From Clostridia bacterium (GTDB lineage Bacteria > Bacillota > Clostridia > Christensenellales > UBA1242), in the NCBI GenBank assembly GCA_017468205.1, contig JAFUJK010000013.1, positions 2,020 through 66,019 of the forward strand: 64,000 bases of DNA, given 5' to 3'. Within the stretch, counting starts at the first letter, position 1. Every line of letters starts with the position of its first letter. Shown in pieces: positions 1 to 13,500 of the stretch. The position numbers were made by a program, and so were the translations under genes. The notes under the pieces were generated by a model. It saw only the letters and a program-made list of their open reading frames with translations. It made no database searches and was not told the origin of the DNA.

Positions 1-1
1 A

Positions 2-1438
2 GCTCTTGCCGATTTGGTTGAGGTTCAAGCCAACAACTCAAACGCAACAATGAACTTCCCAGTTCCTGTAATGTTAAATGGTTCAAGTGTAAATGATATT
101 TACAAACAAATGAAATTTACTGGTGGATTCGATGGTGCTGGATATTCAATCACAAACTTCCAGACCGCTGGGGCACAAAGCTTTGGTTGGTGGAATAGTA
201 TTGAATCAGTCGTTCCTGTCAACCTTGATAGTGTGGGCGAAAACTTCTACTATCGTGGTGGTGTGATTAAGAACTTGACAATCGAGGCTTACTCAATCAA
301 TGTTTCTTCACTTATTTCAAATTCTTATAGCGGTCTATTCGCAAAAGAAAACTATGGTTGGATTGTGGATAGTAATGTAACAGGTGCAGAAAAGAGTGAT
401 GCGGACGGGTTTAAACTCGAAGTTGTAACAGGCGCAATCAATCAAGCAGATGTCTACATTGGTGGTTTGGTTGGTCTTGTTGGTCAACGTTCAGAAACAC
501 TAAATGGTGTTACAACTTACTATGGCGATGGTAGAATTGAAGGTTGTAACAATATGCTTAATATCAAGGTATATTCAGCAGAAAACAAGAACTTACGTTC
601 AATTGTCGGTGGTATCGCTGGATACAACTATCTAGGTATTATCATTGATTGTAGCAATGGTCAGACATCAATGCCAAACTTTAACAGCGCCCAAATCAGT
701 GGATTTGATGCCGGTGGAATCGTTGGACGCGTTAGTGGTATCGAAATTACAGCAGAAAGTGGCGAAAAGTCATATCGCTACGCTCGTATTTCAGGTTGTG
801 TCAACTATGGTACTATCACAAGCGTATCTCTCGTAAGTGAGAGTGTTGAAAGTTGTGTTAGCGGTGGTATTGCTGCAAACGTTCAAATCGGTTTTGTTAC
901 ATATTGTATTAACTATGGTCTTGTAACATCAAGCGGTTACTATCCAATTATGGGTGGTGTAGTAGGTTATACATTCGGCGGTGGCTTCGTATTAAGTTGT
1001 GTTAATATGGGTATCGTTCGTGGAAATATCTACTACGAAAGCAATGGCGTTGTAAACATTGAATATAGAACAGAGCCTACAATGGGTTCGTTGATTGGTA
1101 GTGCTTACAACGATAGTAGATTGTGTTATAGTTATCACGTTGCAAACAAGGTTGAAATTGTTGATAACAGCGTTTCTGGGGATAACACTGTTTGCACTTC
1201 TCCTGCATTTGGATATAGTGCAATCGAGCCAGACGGCGTTGAAACAGTAAACGACTTTGCGCTTCTTGATGGTGACGATGTGGCTACATTCTTGGCATCA
1301 GTTAACAAGAGCACAATCGTAATTAACAGTGAATCAGTTACATATATCTATCCAAGCACTTCTGGACTAGTTGCTCAATTTGCAATGCTAGTTGGCGGTT
1401 CACCAAGTCTTGAATGGGTTGTACCTGAAACTGAATAA
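2..1438 (+). CDS. GLUG-motif repeat protein, 5' end lies outside the window (secreted/surface protein candidate)
   Basis: The frame is open from the window edge, with no stop between nt 2 and the TTG at 14. A spaced pattern GG[IVL][AV]G...G.I..C.N.G.[IV] recurs, e.g. IGGLVGLVG..GRIEGCNNM, VGGIAGYNYLGIIIDCSNG, AGGIVGRVSG..ARISGCVNYG, SGGIAANVQIGFVTYCINYG, MGGVVGYTFGGGFVLSCVNMG. This matches the GLUG motif family as I remember it. Confidence 0.6.
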   Translation, partial: ALADLVEVQANNSNATMNFPVPVMLNGSSVNDIYKQMKFTGGFDGAGYSITNFQTAGAQSFGWWNSIESVVPVNLDSVGENFYYRGGVIKNLTIEAYSINVSSLISNSYSGLFAKENYGWIVDSNVTGAEKSDADGFKLEVVTGAINQADVYIGGLVGLVGQRSETLNGVTTYYGDGRIEGCNNMLNIKVYSAENKNLRSIVGGIAGYNYLGIIIDCSNGQTSMPNFNSAQISGFDAGGIVGRVSGIEITAESGEKSYRYARISGCVNYGTITSVSLVSESVESCVSGGIAANVQIGFVTYCINYGLVTSSGYYPIMGGVVGYTFGGGFVLSCVNMGIVRGNIYYESNGVVNIEYRTEPTMGSLIGSAYNDSRLCYSYHVANKVEIVDNSVSGDNTVCTSPAFGYSAIEPDGVETVNDFALLDGDDVATFLASVNKSTIVINSESVTYIYPSTSGLVAQFAMLVGGSPSLEWVVPETE

Positions 1439-1526
1439 AATTTGACTTCTTTGTTGTTGCCTTTGGAATATGCCCGAACTTTTTACATTTACTTGTAGAT
1501 AAATTATGAACGGGGGAGTTATCCTT

Positions 1527-4500
1527 ATGTCAAATTCAGTAAAAATTACAATAGCGATTGTTGTGGCAGTACTTGTGATAGCGAGTATTGTAGGTTTAAT
1601 ATTTGTTCTAACACCCGCATCAAAGCCGAACAACTCGCTTACTCAAAGGTTAGCAACCCCAGAAAACGTGAGGATTAATGAAGAAAACTGGGTGTTGAGT
1701 TTTGATAGCGTGGAAAATGCGCAAGGCTATCGCATTTATATCAATGACGCGGACACCTTTGTCTCGACCTCAACTAGCGTATCAGTTCAAAGTTATATTA
1801 CAAGATACGCAAAATATTCGTTTGAAGTTAGTGCTATTCACTCAACTCCTGACTATAACTCGGCTCGTAGTGCTCCTGTTTATGGATACAATACGACCAC
1901 ACTTTCGACACCTCTAAACCTTACGTGGGAAGGCGAGGAATTGTCGTGGCTTGCAGTTGAAAATGCATCAAGTTATTCTGTTATGCTTACTTATAAGCCA
2001 GATGGCTCTAATAATGAAATGACTACAAACATTTTAACCCACGGCAACACTTTTGACTTTGGTGCATTGCTTACACAAGCGCCATATTCGCAAATAAACT
2101 TCTTTGAACTCGCTGTAAAGGCAAGTTCAACTGATGCCTATGGCAACGAAAATGACTATATTTATGATAGCGCTTACAGCGACCCTGCGATTTATTTTAG
2201 AACTACATCAATTGATGCACCAACGATTAGAATAAGTCCAGACGTGAGAGGGCAAACTAGCCAGCAAGGCACAGAAAGAGTGCTTTCTTGGGACGTTGAT
2301 TTTGCAGTTGATAAATATCTAGTTTACGTAAATGGACAACTTCGCAAAACTGTTGCTAATGACGAACTTGAAGGCTTGTCATCATATAGTTTGAACCTTA
2401 ACGAAATTATGGTTGATGGTGTTTGCATTACGGATACTTTGGGCGCAAAAACAATCTTTGTAACCGCAGTTCCCAAAACTAACGACTATTATCATATTGA
2501 AAATCGTTCGAGCGACTTAATTGAATATACTGTGGTTCACACTCTTTCTGCTCCTGATGCTCAATCAATTAAAATGAGTAAGGAAGGGGAAAACCTTGTT
2601 ATTACTTGGGATACAGTTGAAGATACATATGGCGTGAATACTCGTTATACTCCAACTTCGTATAACCTCGTGTTGCTTGCAAATAGTGATATAGAAAATC
2701 CAACCTTTGTAGCGCGCGCCCCTGTAACCGAATTGCTTTTGCCTTATTACAGTATTCCACTGTCCGAACTCAGTGCCTTGGGTGTTTCATTTAAAGCAAT
2801 GATTTCTGCTGTTGAAAGTAAATCGGAATATATTTTGGATAGTGCGTATAGTGAAGAATCCGAGGCTTATGAGGCAATAACCCAACTTGAAACTCCTGAC
2901 GGCTTTGCACTTAACGAAAGCAACGGTGTTGATACATTGTCGTGGCGTGCTGTTGACAATGCAGGAAGTTATACCGTTATGGTTTATATGGGTACAATAG
3001 ATGCCGAAACTAATAACATTAATGCGATTGGTTCTGCCTTGGTAACTCAGGTTGTAACCGAAACAAAAATAACAATTTCAAATTATATGAAAGCGCACTT
3101 GCCAAACCCTCTTGGTCCAGGACTATATGCAATTCGCGTGATTGCAAATGGTGCGTCAAAATTCTACACATCATCAAATGCTAGTGAACCAGTAAAATAT
3201 GATTATAAGGTTCGTTTGACCGCTCCTGTAATTCATTCTGTGTCAAAGGTTGCTCAACTTGACAATAAGGGCGAAATTACATTCGTTTTTGATTATGTCG
3301 AGGGCGCAGAAAGATACCACATCAATGTTAACGGAATTTTGGCATTCTTGATTGACCAGCCAGCACTAGATAGTGAAATGATTTCTAGTGTTGAAGTTAA
3401 TGGCACTACATCTTATAGAATAGTTGATAAAACGCGCTTAACTGATTTTATAAATAATAACTATTCTTCACCAAAAGTGCATTCAATCACGGTTCAAGCG
3501 ATTATTCTTGACACTGAAAATGCAAATGGTTATATCAGCAGTCTTTTGTCAACAGAATATAAGTTTAGTGATTATTATACGCATCAAAAGCCAACAAATC
3601 TTGTTGCTTCTCAACAAGCAGGGCAGAATGGTGTAGTTCTAACTTGGGATAGCGTGCCAACTGTTGTTGCTGCTAACGGAACTTACGAAATCTTTGTAAT
3701 TGACGAAAACAACGGGCGCGTTGCTGTAAACACTAACGCTATCACAGGAAGCCGTGTAGCAGATTTGAGTCCTTACTTGCAACTTGGTATGAACACGATT
3801 GAAATGCGTTCTGCTCGTTCTGGTTTGTATCTTGCTAGTGATTACGTAACAACTACAATAAATTATGTTTATAACTTATCGGGAACTCTCAACACTACAA
3901 TCACTCCAATAAGTGGCTCCAAGAATAATAGACTTTTTATTGAGGCATCTAAAAATGTAGATTTCCGCTATATAACTGATTATTATGTAGAGTTTATCAA
4001 CAGCGCAGGAACTGTATTTAACAGCCTAAATATTCATACTGATGTTGCTGGTAGTGATATTGACGAAGTTATAACTGACGAATACTTACCTCTATACAAG
4101 ACGACGACAGTAAAAATTTACGCAGGTAAGACTAAATCTGGTGATAACATAATTAGTCAGAGCGTACATCTTAATTCTGATGGCTGTGAGTGGAGTTTGG
4201 ACTATGAAAGCAGTTCGTTTATGGACAGCCCTACAATCTCGCATAGCGAAACAGTAGTTGATTCTAAACCAAAGGTTTACGCAACGATTAATGTTTCAAA
4301 GGATTCACTTCCTTTTACAAAGAGCATTGAATGGACATTTGAAGGTACAACTGGTATAACTTATACAAGTTACATTGATATTACTGACACCACAACAAAT
4401 AGTTTTACAATTGATTTGACAGCATTGCAACTTGTAAATGATGATGAAAATGCCCTTTTAGGTGGTGGATACAATATCACTGCAACCGCTATTTCAAACA

Positions 4501-7500
4501 AATCTAGCGAATTGCGTTCAAGTCCAGCACAATATGCATTTGATATTATCATCGACCTTCAAGCACCTGCGGGCTTTGTTATGGCTGACGACCATTCATA
4601 TTTGCAATGGAATTATATTGCTTTTGTTGACCACTATGAGATAACGATGAACGGCGCAACAAAGTCTACAACTGTTAGTGAGTATACTGATTATGTTGAT
4701 GGCAAATATGTGCGTGTAATGCGTGCAAATACTACTGGCTGGTTCAGTGGGCTAAGCAAAGGCGCAAGTGTGGTATTTGGTGTTAAAGCGGTTGCACAAG
4801 CCAATGGATACTATCGTGATAGTAGTGCAGTTTACACTTGGGAATTTAACAATAGAATTTCCGCGCCACTTGTAGAAGTTGTTACTAAAAACAATCAACT
4901 CCACCTCCAAATTCTTTACAGCAAATTAGTTTCTAATTATTCAATTAGTTGTGAAGAATCAAGCGCAGGAGTTAGTGTAAATGCGACCGCTAATATTGTT
5001 GAAAACGGTTACGTTTACTTCAACCTTGAAAATGTGCTTGCGGATAAAGTGGCAGGTGAATATGGATTTAGTGTTGTTGCTAATCCACTTGATGCTTCAA
5101 CTTATAACACAAGCGACCCAACAGTTGTTAATGTTGAATGGCAAAAGCGTTTTGCTCAACCAAACATTACCGTAGCGCAGAATTTTGATAACAACACACT
5201 TTCATTTACTTGGAGTGATGTTAGTGTAGATGTGCTTGCAAATGGACAATTGACAAGAGTTGCGCCAAGTGGCTATCTTGTTACAATTACACAAGCATCA
5301 AGAACGGATAGTGTATATTCTCAAACATTGACAACAAATACACTTACATTAACCTCAACAGAACTTGCTTCTATGACAAGTGGTTACTACTTCGTAAGTG
5401 TTACAGCACTTGAAAATGCTCCGATGTTAGAAAGTTATGAAAGTGCATATCGCTTTGCTTATCAACAACAACTTCAAACTCCAATCATAGCCTTTGTTGC
5501 AGGTGATAGCCTAGCAAACGAGAATACTCTTGACGTACAGCAAACAAGCACACCTGATGCAAATGCTCCAAAATTTGACCTTAAAGTTATCAATTCAGCA
5601 AATGAAGAGAAGATTTTTGAGGGGATTGCTTGGAGTGGAAACGTAGCAACACTTCAAGGTGGTACGCACTTTGCCGAGCGCGGTTCTTATACCATTGCTA
5701 TTCGCAATGCACAGAACGGAAGTTTGGCTGCGAGTGCGTGGAGTAATTCTCTTGTAATTCGTTACGGCACTTCGTTTGATGTGGCTGAAAACATTACAAT
5801 GACTTATGACGACCCAACAACAACATATACTGTGAACTTTGACAAATTAGAATTGCCAAGTGAATTGACGGGTGAGGTAACATATACTGCAAGCGTAACT
5901 TACAACAATATTAAGCAAGCCATCACAAGCGACCAAATTACACTTGTTGCGGATAGTACATATTCATTTAGTTTCCAAAACGCGCAATGGGGTGATGCGT
6001 GGGCGGAAGGTTCGAGATTTACAATTGTGATTACAGCAAACACTACAGACGAACTTTACACTACGAGTAGCACAACCTATGTATTTGCTATCGGTGATAT
6101 GGTTGCACCATACGACATTGTGTTTACTGCTGATGGTGCAGATGCAACAATTACTTGGAAAGGTGATACACAATATGTCGGTGTTGTATATACCTATTCA
6201 ATCTATGTTGTTGACGCAAACGGCTCAAATTTATATCTTGCAAACGATGGTTCTTGGACAGCAGATAATGCTAATCAAGCAACATTGACAACGACAACAA
6301 CCGAAATTGCCTTTACTCTGCCAAGCGCACAAGTTTATGCAATTTACTTTACAATAATAGCAAGTGTTACAAACGGAGTTGACTCTGTTGCAAGTGCACC
6401 TCATACACACATCTTTATGAACACGCAAACACTTGCTGGGGTAAATGACTTTGCAGTTAATTATGATAAGACAACACAAACTTACACTGCAATTTGGACA
6501 AATAATCTTCAAAATTCAACCGCTTTCAATGGTGGCGCTTACACTCTTAAAATAAATGGAACTACTGTTCTCAATTCAAGTGTGGAAAGTGGCTCAATAG
6601 TTAGTGTTGACATTACGTCATTTGTTCCAACATTCCTTGCAAGCGGACGAATTGCATACTGGGAGATTACTGCAAGTGATGTTGTTTATACTGTTGGTGA
6701 ATCAAACTACATTGCTTATAAGGGTGGTGTATATGCTAACAGCCTTGAACTCCCAATCGTTATTAGCGATGCCCCAAACACTTTAGTTCTTGACGGGACT
6801 GTTGCAAAATGGAGTTATGTGGTGAATGCTACAAAATATAAACTCTACATCGCAGACAGCACAGGCATGCCACTCAACTTTGAGAACGGCTCTGCTCGCG
6901 AGATTGTAACAAATCAAAACACCTATGACTTCTCTGGACTTCTTGCTGGTTTGGAAGCAGGGGACTATCTCGTGGTTGTTCAAGTTGAGGAGGACGAGGC
7001 AAACGGCGTTTATGTAAGCGAAGATTTGGAAAAAACAACAGCAACATATCTACAAACTGCTCCATTAAACGCAATTACTGATTTGACATTTGAACAAAAT
7101 TACGTTGGTGGACAGGTTAGAACATATGCTAGATGGAATTACAACACAAACGGCGACTTTACGATTGAAAATATGAAGTTTAGCATTACAATTACCGATA
7201 AAAATGGTAAATCAGTTGCATACGACAATCTCAACCCAGCATTAAGTGGTACAAAGTTTACTTATTCTAACAGCGCAGGCGACACAACAAAAGGCTCATT
7301 CGTGTTTAGTTATATTGACCGCTCTGCTGACGATTTGACTGTTGACCTTGCAGGTGGCGAATGTGTGTTCACGGTCGTTGTAAGCGGTGTTGACGGAAGT
7401 GCATATTTCACTGCTTCAAACGGTGTGAGTGGCAACTTCAACAATATTTTTGGACTACAAGCAATCACTAACGACAACCTCTTTGCTGTTGCACCTGAAT

Positions 7501-10500
7501 GTTTCATTAAGGGTGTTGCGTACAACGAAATTGCAGGCTATGAGGAAGGTTTGAGAGATGACTTCGAAGAGTATGAAAGTACAATCGGCTTCAACGAAAA
7601 ATATCTCATAATAACAGATGACACGCTTTCATTTGCTCAATACTTCAAAGTGTATATCTCAACAACAACCGATGGTAACGGCGCAAATATTTACGAATAT
7701 GTCGGCGATATTAAGAATGAAGCAACAGAAATTAGTTTTGATGCAATTTCTAACACAACCGCAAAATTGCGCCTTCCAACAGCAATCGCTGGAATTAATA
7801 AGATTAAACTTATTCCATATGGCGAAGAAGAATACTACAAATATATTGATGGAGGCACTGTTTATGACTTGTCTTCTGATGTGGCTATCGAGAAAATTTC
7901 AAGCGAGTTCGATGTTGAGTTGTTTATGAGAAATGAGGCTCCAAACCTCAATATTCACTCTATAAAATTGGGCTATTCTGACAGCCAAGACAAGAAGAAT
8001 ATTAATTCTGTAAATCTTACATTTAGCAACCTTAAAATAGGCGGAATTTATCGAGTTACACCATACTACTATGACTATTACAACAATGGCGCGCTTGTTG
8101 AATGCGAGCCAACGGACATTGGACCTCTAACCGCAGACGACTTTAACGGAAGTGTCCCAAAAGGTCTTGACATCTACGACTTGATTAGTTTCTACGGTCC
8201 TCATCAATTCTACTTTACTGTGCAGTCTATCGTGCCACAAGGCGAGGGCTCAAACTACTGGCTCAACAGCCACATTTCAACAACTCCTAATAGTTTTGAA
8301 TTTGTTACAAAATTGATGGAATTTGCGCCAATACTTGATGGTGATAGTTCAGTCAACAGCCTTGTAAACCCAATTACAGTTAAAAATGCAGGTGGCACGC
8401 TTGAAAATGGCGACTTGTATTGGACTTTGCCAACACACCCATATAGTGTTCGTATAATCTACACTGTTACTTTGTGTGATGAAAACCAAACTTTGGGTAG
8501 CATTATGCAGTTTGGCGAGAAACATATCATTAAATATAGCGTAGTGCTTGATGTGATTGTTACAAAGGACAGCATTACATATCAAATTGGTGAGCAAAGT
8601 ATGCTCAAACAAAATGTAACGTCAACAATAACCGACGGATTTGTGCTTGACACGGATAATGGTATTTTAGTATTTGATATGACAAAATATTTTGAGGATA
8701 GCACTCGTGTTGCCGACAATCAAAATGGTGCTTGGTACTTGGCGGGAAGTTATACTTATATGATTACTGCTGATGTGTTTGCTATAAGTGAGCCATATAA
8801 TTGCACTAGGATTTCTAGTCCAGCATCATTTGGAACAGAAAGCGCAATGAATAAGTACAATTATACAAACATTCCATTCCCATATCAGCCTACAAACGTT
8901 CGCCTGAGCGAGAACGGCGACTTAACTTGGGACTATGCGGACAAAATCTACGACTCTGCATATCTTGATACTGCAATATTTGAAATTTGGGTGTATAACT
9001 GGGACGATGCTCACGAGAACTATACTATATCAAAACTCGATGACTATGTCTACGGTACAGTTGTAACTAACATTAGCCACTTGTTGACCGCTGGTGGTGC
9101 AAAGAGAAATGAGGTTGTTATCCGTACAGTTAGCCCTGATATTAACATCTATGAGCCTAGTGAATGGGTGAGTGTAAACGCAGGTGCATTACCTACAACA
9201 ACTGCCCTTCCAAACATTAGTGTAGTTTGGGGTAATGACGAAACACTCAAAAATAACGACCACCGCGTAGTTGCAATTACTCTTGACAATTACGTAAGTA
9301 ACGCAATTCTTGCAGACGTTGAAGCAAACAATTTTGATGTGCATATTAACGTTCACTTGCTCAAAGTTATTGATTGGGCACAGGGTAGCCCAGAACCAAC
9401 TTATGCTAACTATGATGAGGCAAGAGAAAGTGGCGACTATCCAACAATCAGTTGGAACCAGCCACTCACCGAACAATATTATAATTATATTACCTATAAG
9501 AACCACGAAGGTCTTGACTACAAATTTAATTTTGTAAACGCTATCAATGCACTTGTTAGTGCTGGATTAGAAAGCGAAACTTTGTGGCTTATTGGTGGCG
9601 ACTCTCTCGCTGGTGGGTACTACTATCTTAAAGTAGAACTCACAACAGGTCTTACTTGCTACTCTCCAAGCGTGGTTTATCAGTCAAAACTTGTTCGCGA
9701 AGTTTGGCGCAGTAGTCAAGAACAGGCAACTATAACTGGTCAACACCTTACTACAAAAACATTAGGTGTTGCAGCCGAGCCTGTGAACGGAAATGATAGA
9801 GAATGGGGAGCCGATGCTCACAAAGAAGCATTGCTTACAATCCCAGTTGACACGATTGACTACCGCATCGACGAGAATACGATTGCACCAAAACTTCCTT
9901 CTGAAATTACCGTTTACGCACGACTCTACACAGGAGTTGGCTATGATGCAGACCACAGTTATTCAATCACTTACTCAATACCTGATGTAAGTTTGATTAC
10001 TGGCGGAAAATATCAAAATGGCGACATAACTTTGTCAATGATTACTGATAATGATTATAGCCGTATTAATGTTACAATCGATATTCACGCTTTATTTGAT
10101 AAGAATATTTACGCGGGAGTATATGACATCTTCTGGGTGCTTAACGGCGACCAAGTCGGCGACAGCAGTCCAGTAGAAGCGCCATATCAGTTGCGTGAAG
10201 AAATTTGCCACTATGTAGTTTTCCCAACACCAATACTTGACTATCGTTTGGGCTACACTGGCACAAATAGCGACCAGTACGTAATTAACTGGGTTCTTAC
10301 TCCAAATAAATATACTCACGAAGTTAACGACACAATTGATTATAACATCAATTTGTATGCGTTCGTTGCTGATGAAAATGGTAACTTTGCAACTGATGAC
10401 GCGGAGGCAAATGACCCTAACTTCTTGAAAGCATCAAGTCAAGAAAAATATTTTGTTGGGAATGCAAATGCAAGCGGAACAACTTTAGAAAATTACAGCA

Positions 10501-13500
10501 ATATTCAAGTGCTTAATGGCAGAGATTGTTATATTCAACAAAATACAATCGCAGGATTTAGTTTGACACCAAACAAGACTTACAAAGTTTATATGTATCT
10601 TTCAACCTCTCGTTGGGGTGAAACTGATGATATGAATGCGTTCTATTACTTGAATAGTGATACTTCTGTTGGTGTTGAATACGTGTACAAGAAGATTTCA
10701 GGTCAGCACGTTGCTGATGATGTAGAGTCTCCAACAGCGGATTATCCATTAGAAAGATTTACCGCCAGTGATAGAGAAGTTGTTGAAAATGGTGCTTATT
10801 ACACATTTACATCAACTCAACCAGATTACAACAACAATGCACTTGAATTATTCGTGTACAACACGCAAGACCCTCGTGCTGGGTACGATGAACATTGGAC
10901 TGATGCACAAGAGAATGACGGCACATATCTTGCTCACTTCATTATCGGTACAAAGGATAATGCAAGTGCAAAGAACGGAAGACAAGACTTGTATATCTTG
11001 TATGACTACGAGGATAAAGTTGTCAACTCTGGAACTTGGGACTATTCGCGCTCGGTTGGATTTATGTCGGGCAAAAATATCACAATCAACAAACTCACTA
11101 TTAGCGAATTGCTTTATAATAAGGTAACCCAAGTTGCTGGACTCGACCTCAATAAAATGTGGACACCAATCACATATTATTGCAAAATCCAATCTTGGAT
11201 AAACAATAACGAAGTAAACAAGAATATGCCAACATATCTTGGTACGGACAACGTTGTAAGATACAAGGATAAGGATACAGTATTTGGCAGAGAATGGATT
11301 AAGAAACACATAGATTTCGTTCGCAATGAGGACGGAAGCATCAATTCAGAAGCGGTAGAGAAGTTGTATAACGATTTGCTTGAAGACAACAAGGTGTTCG
11401 ATGTTCCATACTTGAATGCAAACGCGTTAAATCTTGAATACTATTTCACATTCCAGCACACAATCCAATATGCAATGCCATATTTGTCTAGTGAAAATGG
11501 AATTGAAATTGTAAACAAGGACGGCACAAGTGATTATGTTGATTACTCAACAATCGACCTTGGCAATGGCGTGTTGCAATATAAGACTGATGGATATGTT
11601 AAGGCTACTTCAAACTTTAACTATTACTATCGCATTTGGCTTAACGACTTATATACAACTGACCCACTCATTAGAAGTGATAAGGAAATTAATGTAACCG
11701 TAAGTGCTACATTCTATGACGATACTACGGGTGGCTCGGGTAACTATGGCGACTATAACAATAGCCAATGGGGAACTTTTGATTCTGTAAACTTGTTTAT
11801 TCATTATGTTGATGAAGACAATGAGGATTTGAGCGCTGAATTTATCGCCGCGCACAAAGGACAAGCTTACATTGAATTAAAGTTTGATAGCCCAGAAAGT
11901 GGGGCGAGCGCGTTATATACCGCTATGGACCAATGGCTTCCTAACATCTTTACGTTTGAGTTTAGAGCGGTAACTAGTGGCAGTCCTGTGATTAACACGG
12001 GTGAAACAAATACTACAAATGCGTTTGTAACTTACAATAATGTAACTGGTGAAGTTAATTCTACAAAGAACGTGATTTCACGTATATATGCAGAGTCTAA
12101 CTCATCAGAACACCCAAATTATTTGACCGTTCGCAAGCAATACACCGCTCCAACAGTTGATTTAAGATTTGACTCAATGCAGACATCGCTTTCTGAATTT
12201 GGTGAAATGCAATCAATAAAGTTAGGTGAAACTTATTACACGACAAACCTTGTTGAAGAACTTACAAATTCAGACTATGTAGGACTTGCAAGTAACCCTT
12301 ATCTATTCTCAACAGCGGAGGCTTTGGATAGAACGGGCGGTCAAGCCTTTGAGTATGGTATGCTGAAAACTGATAAGCGTACACATTATGAAATCAAGTT
12401 GTACTACAAGGATGATAACGGAAATATTCTGAATACTTCAAATGTGATTAGTTTGCTTACAAATGACGTAAACAACACGCTCACACGCTTTACACAAGCC
12501 GTAAAAGGGCTTGATGTGGATTCAGCACGTTTTGACTATTCAAAATATAAAGATATCTATCCATACGAAGAAACTTGCTTGTACGAAGCAATGTATAGCC
12601 TTATCAATGGCGACCTCAAAACTGGCGCATATAAGGGCGGAAGAATTGATATTGACATTCGCGTTGTAACACCAAGCGAGGATAGAACGGACAAAAACAA
12701 TCAAAATTGGGTTACAAGTGCGTGGGCAAGTGCTGAACGAGCAGAATTATATACGTTCTATTTCCACCCTCGACTTGAAACCGTTGTAACTTCATTCAAT
12801 CAAAATGAATGTAACTTTACAACAGATTATGAGGGCGGTACATCTTCGTTCTATGTGCAAGACGGAAAGTATTATTACCACCAATCTTACGTTCCTTTGC
12901 ACTACACATCAATTAGTCGTACTGCACAATACTATGTATATCTGTCTCGTACACAGGGCGGAAGTGGTTATATTAATATGCCTTATAACATAAATAACTC
13001 TGTTGTAAGAGATTATTGTACACTTTCACCTCGTAACACTGATACAAAGAATACAAAGAACCTCGTTGATATCCTAAAACACGACCTAGTAGATGCTAAA
13101 ACTTATGATTCAAGTTCTTCTTCTGCCCACGCTAACCAATGGAGATTGCCAGAAAACGTAAATGATACGTGGCTTATCAACATTGTTGCAGCAGTTGGCG
13201 ATGATATGACTTATGTTGGTCGCGGATTTAATAGTAAAGACCAAAACTATACTGTTAAACTCAAAATCAAGATGGACATTCAATCACTTTCAATTGATAT
13301 GGAACCACTTGTAAACAAGTCAACAAATGTGCTTAATGAAAATTCATTCACTGCAACAACATTGAAAAATGGCTATGCAGGTAGTGCTTTGTGGAAAAAT
13401 TACAGCACTTCACAAGATTTAACTGGACAGGCTTTCAACAGGGCGGCTAACAAGGCGGTATTTAAATACTACTATCCTTATGGCAACACTATGAAAGCAA

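Noticed and set aside
4370-11392. Dozens of 60-150 aa ORFs on both strands inside the giant gene (for example 10848..11309 minus, 9189..9506 minus, 10768..11127 plus)
   Set aside because: All are nested within one long, coherent coding frame. They lack RBS and have low-complexity or Cys/Ile-rich shadow-frame composition.
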